From the NCBI GenBank assembly GCA_020073385.1, contig JAIQFH010000031.1:10233-74232 (forward strand): a stretch of 64,000 nucleotides of DNA, written 5' to 3'. Positions 1 to 10,222 of this stretch are shown here, one piece after another. Below the pieces are notes generated by a model that saw nothing but the letters and a program-made list of their open reading frames with translations, was not told the origin of the DNA and made no database searches. The DNA is from Terriglobia bacterium. GTDB taxonomy: Bacteria > Acidobacteriota > Terriglobia > Terriglobales > Acidobacteriaceae. Numbering within the stretch: the first letter of the stretch is position 1; every line of letters begins with the position of its first letter. The position numbers and the translations under genes were made by a program.

Positions 1-761
1 GTTGGGGCGACCTGATGCATCAACTGGCGCGCGATGTAGACAGAGAGTTCATCCGGAGACGAGAGTGTTTGGGCGTGAGTCTTGAAGTCGTCCACAGAGA
101 GCTTCAGGATGGTCTCGAGTTGCTGCAGCTCAAACTCGCTGCCCACTAGTTCGGGCGTGAAATAAGGAGTTTCATAGTTGTCGCGCAGCAGATGCTGATA
201 GTCGTTGTTGCTCCTCGAAGTCGCTGCGGCTAACAAACGCTTGGGCAGAATTACCCGCGCCCCGAAACCTGGCCCATAAGATCGATGACTGCTCTCCCCG
301 ATGCGGTTAAAGCCGTTGCTGGGCGCGACGACCCAGGCATCCGAAGACGGCCGCTTCAAATCCTTACGGAAGTATTCGAACACCGTGGGAGACTCAGGGG
401 AAACCGCAGCGAAATTGTTGAACGTTTCATAAACGCCGGTCGCCAGGCTGGCAGTCGCTACGTAGTGGCCCAGGATTCCATGATTGACCACTTGCGTAAA
501 GAAACTCGATTGCGGGATCAGGTCGCTCATCAGGTGCGGGATGTTTTTCTGCCCCTCGATCATGAAGGTTTCCTGATCGCGAGCTCCGCCGCCGAAGGTG
601 ACGACCACTACTTTTCGCTTGGGAGCCGACGACGCAGTCCTTGCCCAGGCCGGGCGAAAGAGGGCGCTACCCAGAGCTACGCCCGCAGCATCACGCAGGA
701 AATCACGTCGGGTGCGAGCGACGCATTGGCTGACTTCACGAGGGCTGGAGAGATATCGCAT
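1..761 (-). CDS. DUF1501 (sulfatase-like) family protein with Tat-type signal; C-terminus cut by window edge
   Basis: Absent from the ORF track because it is open at the edge. My minus-strand translation from ATG 761-759 reads MRYLSSPREVSQCVARTRRDFLRDAAGVALGSA...KVVVVTFGGGARDQETF...GILGHYVATASLATG. The RRDFL motif and overall pattern match my recollection of DUF1501. The listed plus-strand ORF 285..791 is its antisense shadow. Confidence 0.6.
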   Translation of the reverse strand, partial: MRYLSSPREVSQCVARTRRDFLRDAAGVALGSALFRPAWARTASSAPKRKVVVVTFGGGARDQETFMIEGQKNIPHLMSDLIPQSSFFTQVVNHGILGHYVATASLATGVYETFNNFAAVSPESPTVFEYFRKDLKRPSSDAWVVAPSNGFNRIGESSHRSYGPGFGARVILPKRLLAAATSRSNNDYQHLLRDNYETPYFTPELVGSEFELQQLETILKLSVDDFKTHAQTLSSPDELSVYIARQLMHQVAP

Positions 762-776
762 CACGATTCGATCCGG

Positions 777-2189
777 TTACTGCTTCGCTGATGTACGGTT
801 CTCCTCCGAGTACACGAATTGGCGAATTTCTGCCCTCTGCTTATCAAGGTCTGCGAGATGTTGGGCACGCTGCTCCTGGTACAGCGCAAACTGAGCCTGC
901 GCTTTGTCCTTTTGCCCGGTGTGCACGTAGGCTTGGCCCAGCCGGTAGTGCGCGTCGGCTATTTCGGAGTTGCGCTCCAACGCCATCAGATACTGCGGAA
1001 TTGCATCGGCATAATGAGTTTGATCCGACAGGAGATTCCCCAACTGGAAGTGCGCTTCGGAGAGCTTCGGGGCGAGTGTAATCGCCTTTCTGAGTAGAGC
1101 CTCGATCTGAGTCAAATCGACGGCGGGATCTTGCGCCCGTTTGCCCTTCCAGAGGCTGATCGCGTAGTAGTATTGCGCGCGGGCGTCGTTGGGCTGCAAC
1201 TCGGAAAATCGCCGGAACCGCTGGATCACCTCGTCGGCCTGGCTCGGCGAACTGTCGTAGGCTTTCGACAAGAACAGATAGCAGCGAGGATCAGAGGGAC
1301 TGAGATCGGCAGCGCGGAGAAGAGACTTGACCGCTTCGTCGTAGATGCCGCGCGAGTAGTATGCGATTCCCAGACCGATCGCCAGCCGAGCAGAAGCCGG
1401 GTAGCGATCTGTGGCGCTGCGGAAAACTTCAATCGCGGGCTCCAACGTGCGGTGCAGAAGAAGTTCGCTCGCCCAGTCGAAAAGATTCGATTCACTGGGA
1501 TCCTGGTGGGCTGCAGTCTCGAATTCATTGGCCGCAGCCACGAAGTTGCCATCCTTTTCCTCGATCTGGCCAAGAAGATTGTGCAGTTCCGCGGTGTCCT
1601 TGCCCTCTAAAAGAGCACGGACGACCTGGCGGGCGGGATCGTTATGATCCGTGAGCAGGTACGCCAAAGCTAAGTCGTAGCCGTTGTCGTAGGAAGCGGG
1701 GTTGATCTGTTGCGCTTGCTTGAGAAACGGGATAGCGTCCGGCAACTTGCCCTGCTTGATGTAGATTTCGCCCAGATTATGGTTGGCGTCATAATTCTTA
1801 GGCTCCAGGACCACAGCCCTCTTGAGTTGTTGTCGAGCGCCTTCCACGTCACCTAAACGAACGAGATTGGCGGCGAGGTTGATATGCGCGGCCGCTGAGG
1901 TCGGCTTGAGGCGAACGGCGGCCTCGAGGTGCGGTCTCGCCAATTCATCATGTGACTGCCCGGCGTAGACCATACCCAGCAGTTCCTGCGCCTCGAAGCT
2001 GTCGGGAACCTCGCGCAGCAGTTTCTCCAATTGTGTCGCGGCCTCTGGAAAGTGCCCTGCGTCGTATTGCGCGACGGCGGCCTGGAACTGGCGGTTAAGT
2101 TCCTGATCGCGGCTGGACGCAGCGGAACGACTCTGAGCGAATGAAAGGGTTGCGACCAAAGCATGCCCAAGAAGAGCAGTCAGTACCAT
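777..2189 (-). CDS. TPR repeat protein, secreted
   Basis: ORF 777..2315. The internal ATG at 2189 gives the signal-like start MVLTALLGHALVATLSFAQS. Repeated TPR-type A..Y/L..G motifs run throughout. Stop lies 15 nt before the DUF1501 start. Confidence 0.75.
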   Translation of the reverse strand: MVLTALLGHALVATLSFAQSRSAASSRDQELNRQFQAAVAQYDAGHFPEAATQLEKLLREVPDSFEAQELLGMVYAGQSHDELARPHLEAAVRLKPTSAAAHINLAANLVRLGDVEGARQQLKRAVVLEPKNYDANHNLGEIYIKQGKLPDAIPFLKQAQQINPASYDNGYDLALAYLLTDHNDPARQVVRALLEGKDTAELHNLLGQIEEKDGNFVAAANEFETAAHQDPSESNLFDWASELLLHRTLEPAIEVFRSATDRYPASARLAIGLGIAYYSRGIYDEAVKSLLRAADLSPSDPRCYLFLSKAYDSSPSQADEVIQRFRRFSELQPNDARAQYYYAISLWKGKRAQDPAVDLTQIEALLRKAITLAPKLSEAHFQLGNLLSDQTHYADAIPQYLMALERNSEIADAHYRLGQAYVHTGQKDKAQAQFALYQEQRAQHLADLDKQRAEIRQFVYSEENRTSAKQ

Positions 2190-2323
2190 GCAGCAGAGCC
2201 GACGTTGCGAGGTCACGGCGTCCTTATGGTAGCACCGCGCGTGGAACGCAAAGCAATTCAGCCGATGCCAAACAATCGAAGGCGCTCTGCGGGGAGCGCC
2301 TTCGATATCCAACACAACCGTGC

Positions 2324-5300
2324 TCAGAAATAGAGTTTCAAAGCGAGCTGAACCTCTCGCGAACTATAGGCACCATCGCGAGTCGATGCAGTCTCGCCAA
2401 AACTCCCGTCCTGCCCGGGGATGAAGTTTGTCGATCCTGAAACAGAATTAACTCCGTTACCTCCGAATCCGGGCGCGTTAAAGTTCGGATGGTTCAGGAT
2501 ATTGAAGAACTCCGCGCGGAATTCCATTCTCACGCGTTCGGTGACCTGGAAGTGCTTAAACAGGGAGAAGTCTAGCTTGTGGTATCCCGGCCCAGTGAAT
2601 TGCGACGGTTGCGCACCACCAAGAACGCCAAAGTCGGTGGTGAGGGGAACGCACCCGGTCGGACTGTTCGTAGGCACATACCCCGCTTTCGGATCAGCCC
2701 CGGCAGCCTCGAGTTGGCAAGGCTGTGCAAAAGCCGCCGGATTCAACAAGACTACTGCGCCGTTTTTCGGATCCACATGCCGCGACACATGCGGGTTTAC
2801 TCCCGGCAGGACAAAAGCGATGCAATTTGTGCCGGTAGAGGTACCAGTCGGGCACGCAAATTGTTGCGGTTGGCCGCCTTGTAAAGTGGCAATCCACTGC
2901 AAGCTCCAGCCTCCAGCCACGGCATTCGCAGCCCCGGAGGCATTCCCCATATAGCGTTTGCCCTTCCCGAAGGGAAGCTCATAAGCGCCGCTCAAATGCA
3001 CGACGTTGCGGACGTCGAAATTCGCCAAGGCATAATCGTGCTGAATGCCAAATCCAGGAACTTGCGGCGCACGGTAGCTGCCAGCGGACGAAAAGCCGTT
3101 CAGAAGGTCCCAAGCGTCCGAGCGCACCTTGGAATAAGTGTAGGTACCCAGGAAGGCCAGACCGCCGGAGAACCTCTTTTCAGCGGTGAATTGGAGGCCG
3201 TGGTAGTAACTACTGCCATTCGTGGTGGCATAGCTATTCCCGTAGCCAAAATCGGGGAACTGCACAAACTTCTGTCGGTCGAGGCCCTTGCCGGTGGAGT
3301 CTAAGTTGGGGAGAACTTGGGTGACCTGATTGGAACCAGGGAACACCTCCAAGTGCCGCCCTAAGGAAGTGACATAGCCCCCTTGAACCGAAAGTGAGGG
3401 CGTCAACTGATATTGCAGGGTAAGGTTGCCGCCCATCGAGTAAGGAGTTTGGTATTTGAATTGGATCCCGCGCAACCCGAGACCACTCGCATTGACAAGC
3501 GTCGGGTCCAGAGGGGTACAGGCGAACCCAGTTTCCAATGTGACTTCGCCGTTTGGTCCTACGTAGGGATTGGAGCAGCCAGTGTAGGTATACGGCGAGA
3601 TGTCATTGGGCGAGAAGAACGAGAAATTGAACTGAAACGGATAGTTCTCTCCCAGGTTCGGAGAGAAACCCCGGTTTTCAAACCCGTTATAGAAGAGCCC
3701 GAATCCGCCTCGGGCCACGAGCTTCGGGGTGGCCTGATAGGCAAAGCCGAAACGCGGAGCAAAATTCGCCTTTTGGGAGTCGCCCAGGCCCTTGCCGTAC
3801 TTGTTGGTGATGGCGAGTCCGATATTGTCCTTCGCGAGCAAACAGTTTAGGAAGTTAGCATTGGCTGGGTCAGTACAGTCAACTTGCTTCAGGAACGCGG
3901 CGTTTGGCCCGTCCGGGATAATGTACAGAGGCGACCCGGTAGGCGGTCCGCCCGGCGCAAAGTTTGCCTGATTGGCGTGATGCTCGTACACCAGCCCAAA
4001 GAAATCCCAGCGCAGGCCCAGGTTGACCGTCAACTTTGGAGATACTCTCCAATCATCCTGGAAATATGTGCCGTAGTAGTTCTTCCCGTTGTCAGTCAGC
4101 GAGATGTTGGACACGAAGATACTGTTCGGGCCTCCGGCATAGTTCACGGTTCCGCCATCTTGAGCTGCGATGGGAGAGAGCAGGAAATCAGCTCGGCCCG
4201 TGTTCCCTCCGTGGCCGCTGCCGGCAACGTCGGTGTAGGTCCCTCCGTAGTCGAACTCTCCGCGCGACCAGGGTGGCTGCAGCGTGGAGAACTTTACGTG
4301 TTGCCACTCGATGCCCATCTTGAACGTGTGCTTGCCGTAGATCTTGGTGAAGTCGTCGTTCAATTGAATGGTGGAACTCACTTCGTCAGAGGGCAGGAAT
4401 GCGTTCCCACCGAGGGTCGAAAGGCCGTTGATCCCGAACGCGGGCAGGCCGCCATTCTCATGCTGCTGCGGAATGCCCTGGATGCCGTACTTTGCGGGAA
4501 TGCCGCTTAAATCGTTGGCAGCCGGTGAAACACGCGTCGTGTGCAGATAATTTAATCCCGCGCGAGCCACGTTAACCATCGTGGGTGAAAAGCTGTGCGT
4601 CCAGACCAAGGCGCTCTGCTGAGCCAACGCAGTCTGAGGTCCTTCCTGGAAGGCGCCTCCGTCTGGTATCCCACCAAAGATAGCCGGGATGAAGTTGGGA
4701 TCGTCAACGTAGCTGAATCGGAAGAAAGTCTGATCTTTCGAGCTGAACGCGATATCCAGACGGGTGTCGAACGACTTCTTGTCCTCTTTGTCGATCGGCG
4801 ACACGTTGTAGTTATTCAAGAACGAAGTGCCCGTGGGCGATGGGTAGAGATTCAGCAGGGCAACCGCGTTGGGATCTAATCTCGAAGGATCGATGTTGTT
4901 CAGGTTGCAAGCGGATACGAGCGAAGTGAAGTCGATGCTATTGAATGGGCAGTTTCCGGTTCCGAACGTGTTTGCAGAGGTTCCTGTGTTCCAACTGAAC
5001 GGGTCGCGAACGAACCCGCTAGACAAGGCTGTCAGGCCCGTAACCGGATCAACAGCACCTTGGGCAATTGCGCGCGTCGTAGCAGGGTCCAAAACTGTGC
5101 CAACCGGCATCGTGCGCAACACGGTCTGCGGATCGTTTGTGTTGCAGTGTGCCGGGTCTCCGCACAAGATATCTGTCTTCGTACCCGACTGGAGCGTGAT
5201 CATATCCTGAAGATTGCTGTAAGGATTGGCGCCGCTTCTCTCCGCAGCGGTCGGAACCGTGCCGGCGTGGGGGATACCCTGTCTCCGGTTAAAGCCCTCA

Positions 5301-6229
5301 TAGTCCCCGAAGAAGAAAATCTTATTCTTGATAACCGGCCCCCCGAAGGTGACCCCATACTGGTTTTGCCGAAGTTCGCCCTTCTTGCCGCGTTCGAAAT
5401 AGTCTGCGGCGTCTAGCTTGTCGTTGCGGAAGAACTCCCACGCACTGCCATGGAATTCGTTCGTACCCGATTTAATCGTCGCGTTCAGCACCGCTGCGCC
5501 GGAGCGACCGAATTCGGCGCTGAAATTAGTGGTCTGCACTTTGAACTCCTGGATAGCGTCCACAGGAGGCAGCACAACGAAGTTGGTGCCGTTCAAAAAG
5601 TCGACCGTATCAGAGTTGTTGTCGATTCCATCCAGCATGTAGTTATTCTGCGCCGGACGCGAGCCATTAGCCGCGAAGGCACCGGAGGCGGCATTGCCGC
5701 GCGTGTCGGCCTGGGGCGAGTTCACGCCGGCCGCAAGTTGGGCCAGGAAGGTAAAGTTTCGACCATTTAAGGGCAAATCGTTTACATTCTTCTGGTCGAC
5801 GACTTGACCCACGGAAGCGTCCTGCGACTGAAGCAGAGGAGCGGTACTGGTCACTTCGACGGTTTCGCTGACGGCTCCCGTCTGCAACTGGAAGTTGCGT
5901 GTGACATTCGAACTCACGTTCACTGCGACGTGGAGTTCAGTCGCGGTTTTGAAACCTTGGACGGAGACCTCGAGCTTGTAGTTGCCGATGCGCACAGGGC
6001 TGAACCGATACAGTCCGTCCGATGCGGTAGTCGTGGTAAGACTGGCAGCCGTGCCCTCGTTTGTCAGAGTGACTTTCGCGCCATTGACCACGGCGCCGGA
6101 GGAGTCCGTGACCGTGCCTGTGATGGAACCCGTATCAACCTGGGCTTGGAGTGGGAGAACGCTGAGAATGACGCCAACTGCGAGAACGAAGGAACTGCGC
6201 AGAATCCAAGAACAGGCCGGTCGATTCAT
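2324..6229 (-). CDS. TonB-dependent receptor with N-terminal carboxypeptidase-regulatory-like domain
   Basis: ORF 2324..6280. ATG at 6229 is preceded by AAGGAGAG. Signal MNRPACSWILRSSFVLAVGVILSVLPLQAQ, then 'GSITGTVTDSSGAVVNGAKVTLTN' (CarboxypepD_reg-like), a plug region and a C-terminal beta-barrel ending '...LALKLYF'. Confidence 0.85.
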   Translation of the reverse strand: MNRPACSWILRSSFVLAVGVILSVLPLQAQVDTGSITGTVTDSSGAVVNGAKVTLTNEGTAASLTTTTASDGLYRFSPVRIGNYKLEVSVQGFKTATELHVAVNVSSNVTRNFQLQTGAVSETVEVTSTAPLLQSQDASVGQVVDQKNVNDLPLNGRNFTFLAQLAAGVNSPQADTRGNAASGAFAANGSRPAQNNYMLDGIDNNSDTVDFLNGTNFVVLPPVDAIQEFKVQTTNFSAEFGRSGAAVLNATIKSGTNEFHGSAWEFFRNDKLDAADYFERGKKGELRQNQYGVTFGGPVIKNKIFFFGDYEGFNRRQGIPHAGTVPTAAERSGANPYSNLQDMITLQSGTKTDILCGDPAHCNTNDPQTVLRTMPVGTVLDPATTRAIAQGAVDPVTGLTALSSGFVRDPFSWNTGTSANTFGTGNCPFNSIDFTSLVSACNLNNIDPSRLDPNAVALLNLYPSPTGTSFLNNYNVSPIDKEDKKSFDTRLDIAFSSKDQTFFRFSYVDDPNFIPAIFGGIPDGGAFQEGPQTALAQQSALVWTHSFSPTMVNVARAGLNYLHTTRVSPAANDLSGIPAKYGIQGIPQQHENGGLPAFGINGLSTLGGNAFLPSDEVSSTIQLNDDFTKIYGKHTFKMGIEWQHVKFSTLQPPWSRGEFDYGGTYTDVAGSGHGGNTGRADFLLSPIAAQDGGTVNYAGGPNSIFVSNISLTDNGKNYYGTYFQDDWRVSPKLTVNLGLRWDFFGLVYEHHANQANFAPGGPPTGSPLYIIPDGPNAAFLKQVDCTDPANANFLNCLLAKDNIGLAITNKYGKGLGDSQKANFAPRFGFAYQATPKLVARGGFGLFYNGFENRGFSPNLGENYPFQFNFSFFSPNDISPYTYTGCSNPYVGPNGEVTLETGFACTPLDPTLVNASGLGLRGIQFKYQTPYSMGGNLTLQYQLTPSLSVQGGYVTSLGRHLEVFPGSNQVTQVLPNLDSTGKGLDRQKFVQFPDFGYGNSYATTNGSSYYHGLQFTAEKRFSGGLAFLGTYTYSKVRSDAWDLLNGFSSAGSYRAPQVPGFGIQHDYALANFDVRNVVHLSGAYELPFGKGKRYMGNASGAANAVAGGWSLQWIATLQGGQPQQFACPTGTSTGTNCIAFVLPGVNPHVSRHVDPKNGAVVLLNPAAFAQPCQLEAAGADPKAGYVPTNSPTGCVPLTTDFGVLGGAQPSQFTGPGYHKLDFSLFKHFQVTERVRMEFRAEFFNILNHPNFNAPGFGGNGVNSVSGSTNFIPGQDGSFGETASTRDGAYSSREVQLALKLYF

Positions 6230-6402
6230 GAGCTCTCCTTTGAGCTTCCCCAAGCCCGCAACCGAGCGAGCCTGACGCACACAAAAACGCTACCCGACGA
6301 GCCGAAAAAGGGCTCGTTAGGACCAAATTGTTGAAGGACCCCAGTCCCTGCGGTTGGTCCGATGACTGCGCTTTTCGGATTAACCGCTTAACCTACCCAC
6401 GA

Positions 6403-6427
6403 ACGTAGTAGAAACCAATTACTACGT
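6403..6427. promoter_or_regulatory. Perfect 8-bp inverted repeat (ACGTAGTA-9nt-TACTACGT) in the divergent TonB-receptor/LacI intergenic region; candidate operator
   Basis: Read directly. A second imperfect CG-centred palindrome, GATTAACCGCTTAACC, lies at 6378-6393. Confidence 0.25.
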
Positions 6428-6545
6428 GTGTGTCCGGGGAATATCATGCCGTTCGTTGCGTTGTCAAGAATTTTCTTGTCGGCTATACTCCGCGCAGCTT
6501 TCATCGACCGCCATATCGTTAATGCTGAACGAGAAAATCTGAACC

Positions 6546-7547
6546 ATGAGTGTGACGATTCGTGATGTTGCCAAGGCTGCTGCCGTCTCTACCGCGACCG
6601 TCTCGAACGTCCTGAACAATACTGGCAAAGTGGGCCGCGAGACTCGGCGGCTCGTGCTCTCCACCGTCCGAAAGCTGGGGTACATACGCGACGTCCACGC
6701 TCGCCATCTGGCTTCGCATGACCGACGGACTCTGGGCATTATCGTCTCCGACATCGAGAACCCGTTTTTTCCCGAGGTGATCAAGAGTTTCGAAATTCGA
6801 GCGCGGCAACTCGGATACGACGCCATCCTGAGTGATACCAACTATGACCCGCGAAGGACGCGCCAAGCGGCCGAACGCATGATGGAACACAAGGTTCGGG
6901 GGGTTGCCATCATGACGTCGGAGATCAGCCTTCGGCTGGTGCACGAACTCGCACGCCGAAAAATTGCAGTGGCATTTCTCGATCTCGCTCCGGTTCAGGG
7001 ATACATGAGTAATTTGCGGATCGATTACCTGTCGGGCGTGGAACAGATTGTGAATTATTTGCACGAGAATGGCCATCGTCACATCGCTTTCGTGGCGGGG
7101 CGTCCTGGGCTTAAGTCCAATGTGGAGCGCTTGCAGGCGTACGAGAACTCGATGAAAAAGTTAGGATTGGAGCCCGGGCCGGTTCTGCGAGGTGACCTGC
7201 GTTTCGAGGGCGGATTTGCGGCAGGGGCAGCGATTGCCAAATTGTCTCCGCGCCCAACGGCCGTCGTGGCCGTGAACGACCTGACTGCGGTTGGTGTAAT
7301 CAAGGGTTTGCTGAACGCAGGGTGCCGCGTGCCTCAGGATATTTCCGTGACGGGATTCGACAAGACGCGGTTAGCCGAGTATTGCAACCCATCGATTACC
7401 ACCGTAGACATTCATCGTGAGACGCTGGGCCGCCTGGCCGCTGACGCCTTGCACGAATTGTCGAGCACGGTGAGCCCGCAGGGAAAAGAGTATCGAATCT
7501 CTTCGGAATTGGTGATTGGCGGGTCTTCCGGACCTTCTCCGCAATAA
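6546..7547 (+). CDS. LacI family transcriptional regulator
   Basis: N-terminal HTH 'MSVTIRDVAKAAAVSTATVSNVLNN', then a periplasmic-binding-protein-like sugar-binding fold ('VVAVNDLTAVGVIKGL'). Confidence 0.9.
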   Translation: MSVTIRDVAKAAAVSTATVSNVLNNTGKVGRETRRLVLSTVRKLGYIRDVHARHLASHDRRTLGIIVSDIENPFFPEVIKSFEIRARQLGYDAILSDTNYDPRRTRQAAERMMEHKVRGVAIMTSEISLRLVHELARRKIAVAFLDLAPVQGYMSNLRIDYLSGVEQIVNYLHENGHRHIAFVAGRPGLKSNVERLQAYENSMKKLGLEPGPVLRGDLRFEGGFAAGAAIAKLSPRPTAVVAVNDLTAVGVIKGLLNAGCRVPQDISVTGFDKTRLAEYCNPSITTVDIHRETLGRLAADALHELSSTVSPQGKEYRISSELVIGGSSGPSPQ

Positions 7548-7687
7548 TTGAGCTCTTGGTTGTTCTCGGCGAACAAGAGAAAGTTCGAAGCGCGCTGGAG
7601 CTTTTGTTGCAGGAACACCACGGCGCAAGATGGCTCAACAGATGCTGCAACTGCTATATTGATGGCTTCAGAGGTGGCATTCTGGGG

Positions 7688-10222
7688 ATGTCGGGGACCG
7701 CTTCGATGCAACCACCAAGCCCACGTTGTACAAGACAGTGGCTTGTTACATCCATCCTGTTGCTGGCTTGCGGTTCTGGTTACGCCCTACAGAAACCTTC
7801 CGAAAGTAAGAACGCGGGACCACCCGAAAGCGCTTCCAGGCTGGTACAAGCCCGAGGATTGATCGAGCACGGACAATTCGAGCAGGCAAAAAACCTGATC
7901 GAGGATCAGCTCAAGCTGGACCCGGGTGACGTCGAGGCATACAACCTTCTCGGAATTGTCGATACCAACCAGAAGAACTACAGCCAGGCCGAAGAAGCCT
8001 TCGAGCAGGCCTTGCGCGTCGATCCCGGATCAAAGACGACGCACAACAACCTTGGCAGTTTATATGTGGCCCAGCAAAAGTTCGATCTGGCGGAGAAAGA
8101 GTTCAACACGGTTCTGAAAACTTCTCCCGGTAATCGCGACGCCAACTATAACCTCGGGCTTCTCCTGATGGCCAAAGGCTCGCCGCTCCAGGCCGTATCG
8201 CACTTTCAGCGAATCCATCCGCAGACCGTGGAAACGCGATTCAACATCGTCCGCGCATATTTTGCCGCAGGAAAAAGTGCTGAGGCGCTCGCGCAGGCCC
8301 GCGAACTTTCAGCCGCGCACAAGCAAGACGTTCAACTGCATTTCACACTGGGCGTAGTGCTCGCCTCGGCCAAGCAGTACAGAGCGGCGCAACTTGAGTT
8401 GGAGCAGGCCAATGCGCTGCATCCGGAAACGTTTGAGATCCTTCACAATCTCGGGCAGGCATACTTGCGCGGACATGAATATGCCAAGGCGGATCTCACC
8501 TTGAACCGCGCCCTGAAGCTGAAGCCTGATTCGGTGGAGACCCTGTACTTGCTGGCGCAAGTTTATTCCGAGCAGAACCGCCCGGTGGATGCGCTTGAAC
8601 TGCTCGCGCGCGCACACAAAGCGGCTCCTGAAAATGCGGACGTAATCTTCTTGATGGCCCGCCTCAGCATGAGCCAGAACTACTTCGAAGACGCGATCCC
8701 GCTGCTCGAGTCGGGTCTGAAAATCGCTCCGCAGCGCGCGGACCTGCATGCCGCTCTGGGCGAGAGTTATTTCATGTCGGGCAAAGCGGAAAAAGCTATC
8801 GATGAGTTTAAAGCACTGATTGCTCTGGATCCATCCGCGCGCTCTTACGCATTCATGGGCCTATCGTACCGGCACCTGGGGCGTTTCGAAGAAGCTACGA
8901 AGTATTTCAACGAAGGCTTGAAGTTGGATCCGCACAACGCCTCGTGCCTTTACAACCTCGGCTACATTGAAGAACGTCAAGGCAACTCGGCGCGAGCCGA
9001 TGAATTGTTTCAGCAAGCACTCCGCGCTAACCCCGATTTTTCTGACGCACTGCTTGAGTTGGCGAACTTGCGCATGAAAGACAAGAAGTATGCCGAAGCC
9101 GTCGAACTTCTTCGCCACTATGTGAAAGTCGGCCACGATGTGGCCACCGGCTACTACAAGCTCGCCATGGTGGAGAGGAGCCTTCATCAGACGGCAGCCG
9201 CGCAGCGCGATCTGAGCGTCTTTCAGACGCTCTCGAAGAATTCCTCGACCGGGCCCATGCCGTATCAACATCTCTTCGACTATCTGAACAACCGGTCGCA
9301 ACTTTCGCCACAGGCTCGCACCGAACTCGACGCAGCTGAACTGAACGAGCAGATCAAGAAACATCCGGGACAGACGCAGGATCTCTACCTGCTCGCGGAA
9401 ACTTACCTCAAGTTGGGCGACGTCAGTAAGGCACGCGATGCGATTGCGCAGCTTGATCAGGTAAGCGCGGAAGACTATCGCACACAAACCGGAACAGGGG
9501 TTCTGCTGGCGCGATACCGTTTGTACGACGATGCGATACAGCACTTTCAGAATGCGCTGCACGCAAATCCTGACTCTGACGATGTCAAGTTTGATTTGGC
9601 GAATGCGTATTTTCGCAAGGGCCAGTACAAGGACGCCCTCGCGGCCACGCAAACAATTTCCACTACCGGGCAGCAGGACGATGCTTTTCTCGCGCTGCTT
9701 GGGGATATCGAAGCCCACCTGGACAACGCTGCCAAAGCAATGGGGATCTTTCGCTCCGCGATCGCGCGCAATCCCGACAACGAGCAGTATTATCTGTCGC
9801 TGACTTTGGTTCAGCTTCGCGGCAACGATCTCACCAGCGCCGAGCAAACCCTGCAGAAAGGGCTGACCCGCATTCCGGGCTCGGGAAAACTCATTTGGGG
9901 GCAAGGCCTGATCTCGGTCATGAAGGGCAATACGAAGCAGGCGGCGGAGCGACTGGAGCGCGCTGTCGATTTGTTGCCGGAGTGGGCCGGGAGTTACTCC
10001 ACGCTGGGCGTTTTCTACTATCAGACGGGACAGGTTGAAAAAGCGCGTGAAGTGCTCAACCGTTTCAAGGGCAGCAACGCGGGAGGGCTGGACATCAGCC
10101 GCATCGAAGACGCGCTGTCCAAAGCGCCAGTGAAATCGGCGGCAGGGGAACAGCCAATCCCAATGGTAGCCCGCCAACAGATGCTTCAATTTGCATTGCT
10201 GATTGCGGACCGCAGCTTGTGA
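7688..10222 (+). CDS. TPR repeat protein, secreted or lipoprotein-like
   Basis: ORF 7556..10222. ATG at 7688 gives MSGTASMQPPSPRCTRQWLVTSILLLACGSG. More than 15 TPR-like repeats follow. Confidence 0.75.
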   Translation: MSGTASMQPPSPRCTRQWLVTSILLLACGSGYALQKPSESKNAGPPESASRLVQARGLIEHGQFEQAKNLIEDQLKLDPGDVEAYNLLGIVDTNQKNYSQAEEAFEQALRVDPGSKTTHNNLGSLYVAQQKFDLAEKEFNTVLKTSPGNRDANYNLGLLLMAKGSPLQAVSHFQRIHPQTVETRFNIVRAYFAAGKSAEALAQARELSAAHKQDVQLHFTLGVVLASAKQYRAAQLELEQANALHPETFEILHNLGQAYLRGHEYAKADLTLNRALKLKPDSVETLYLLAQVYSEQNRPVDALELLARAHKAAPENADVIFLMARLSMSQNYFEDAIPLLESGLKIAPQRADLHAALGESYFMSGKAEKAIDEFKALIALDPSARSYAFMGLSYRHLGRFEEATKYFNEGLKLDPHNASCLYNLGYIEERQGNSARADELFQQALRANPDFSDALLELANLRMKDKKYAEAVELLRHYVKVGHDVATGYYKLAMVERSLHQTAAAQRDLSVFQTLSKNSSTGPMPYQHLFDYLNNRSQLSPQARTELDAAELNEQIKKHPGQTQDLYLLAETYLKLGDVSKARDAIAQLDQVSAEDYRTQTGTGVLLARYRLYDDAIQHFQNALHANPDSDDVKFDLANAYFRKGQYKDALAATQTISTTGQQDDAFLALLGDIEAHLDNAAKAMGIFRSAIARNPDNEQYYLSLTLVQLRGNDLTSAEQTLQKGLTRIPGSGKLIWGQGLISVMKGNTKQAAERLERAVDLLPEWAGSYSTLGVFYYQTGQVEKAREVLNRFKGSNAGGLDISRIEDALSKAPVKSAAGEQPIPMVARQQMLQFALLIADRSL

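Noticed and set aside
285-791. Plus-strand ORF of 168 aa at the window start.
   Set aside because: The opposite strand encodes a convincing DUF1501-type protein with a Tat signal that runs off the window edge. The plus-strand ORF is its shadow.
8861-10189. Long antisense ORFs inside well-supported genes: 8861..10189 (442 aa), 10303..11145, 12672..13646, 13793..14905 (370 aa), 20033..20782, 50563..51282, 53450..54100 and 25839..26783.
   Set aside because: Each lies opposite a gene with clear family motifs. Their translations are low-complexity, Arg/Gly/His-rich and motif-free. This is the usual stop-codon-poor antisense frame of high-GC DNA.
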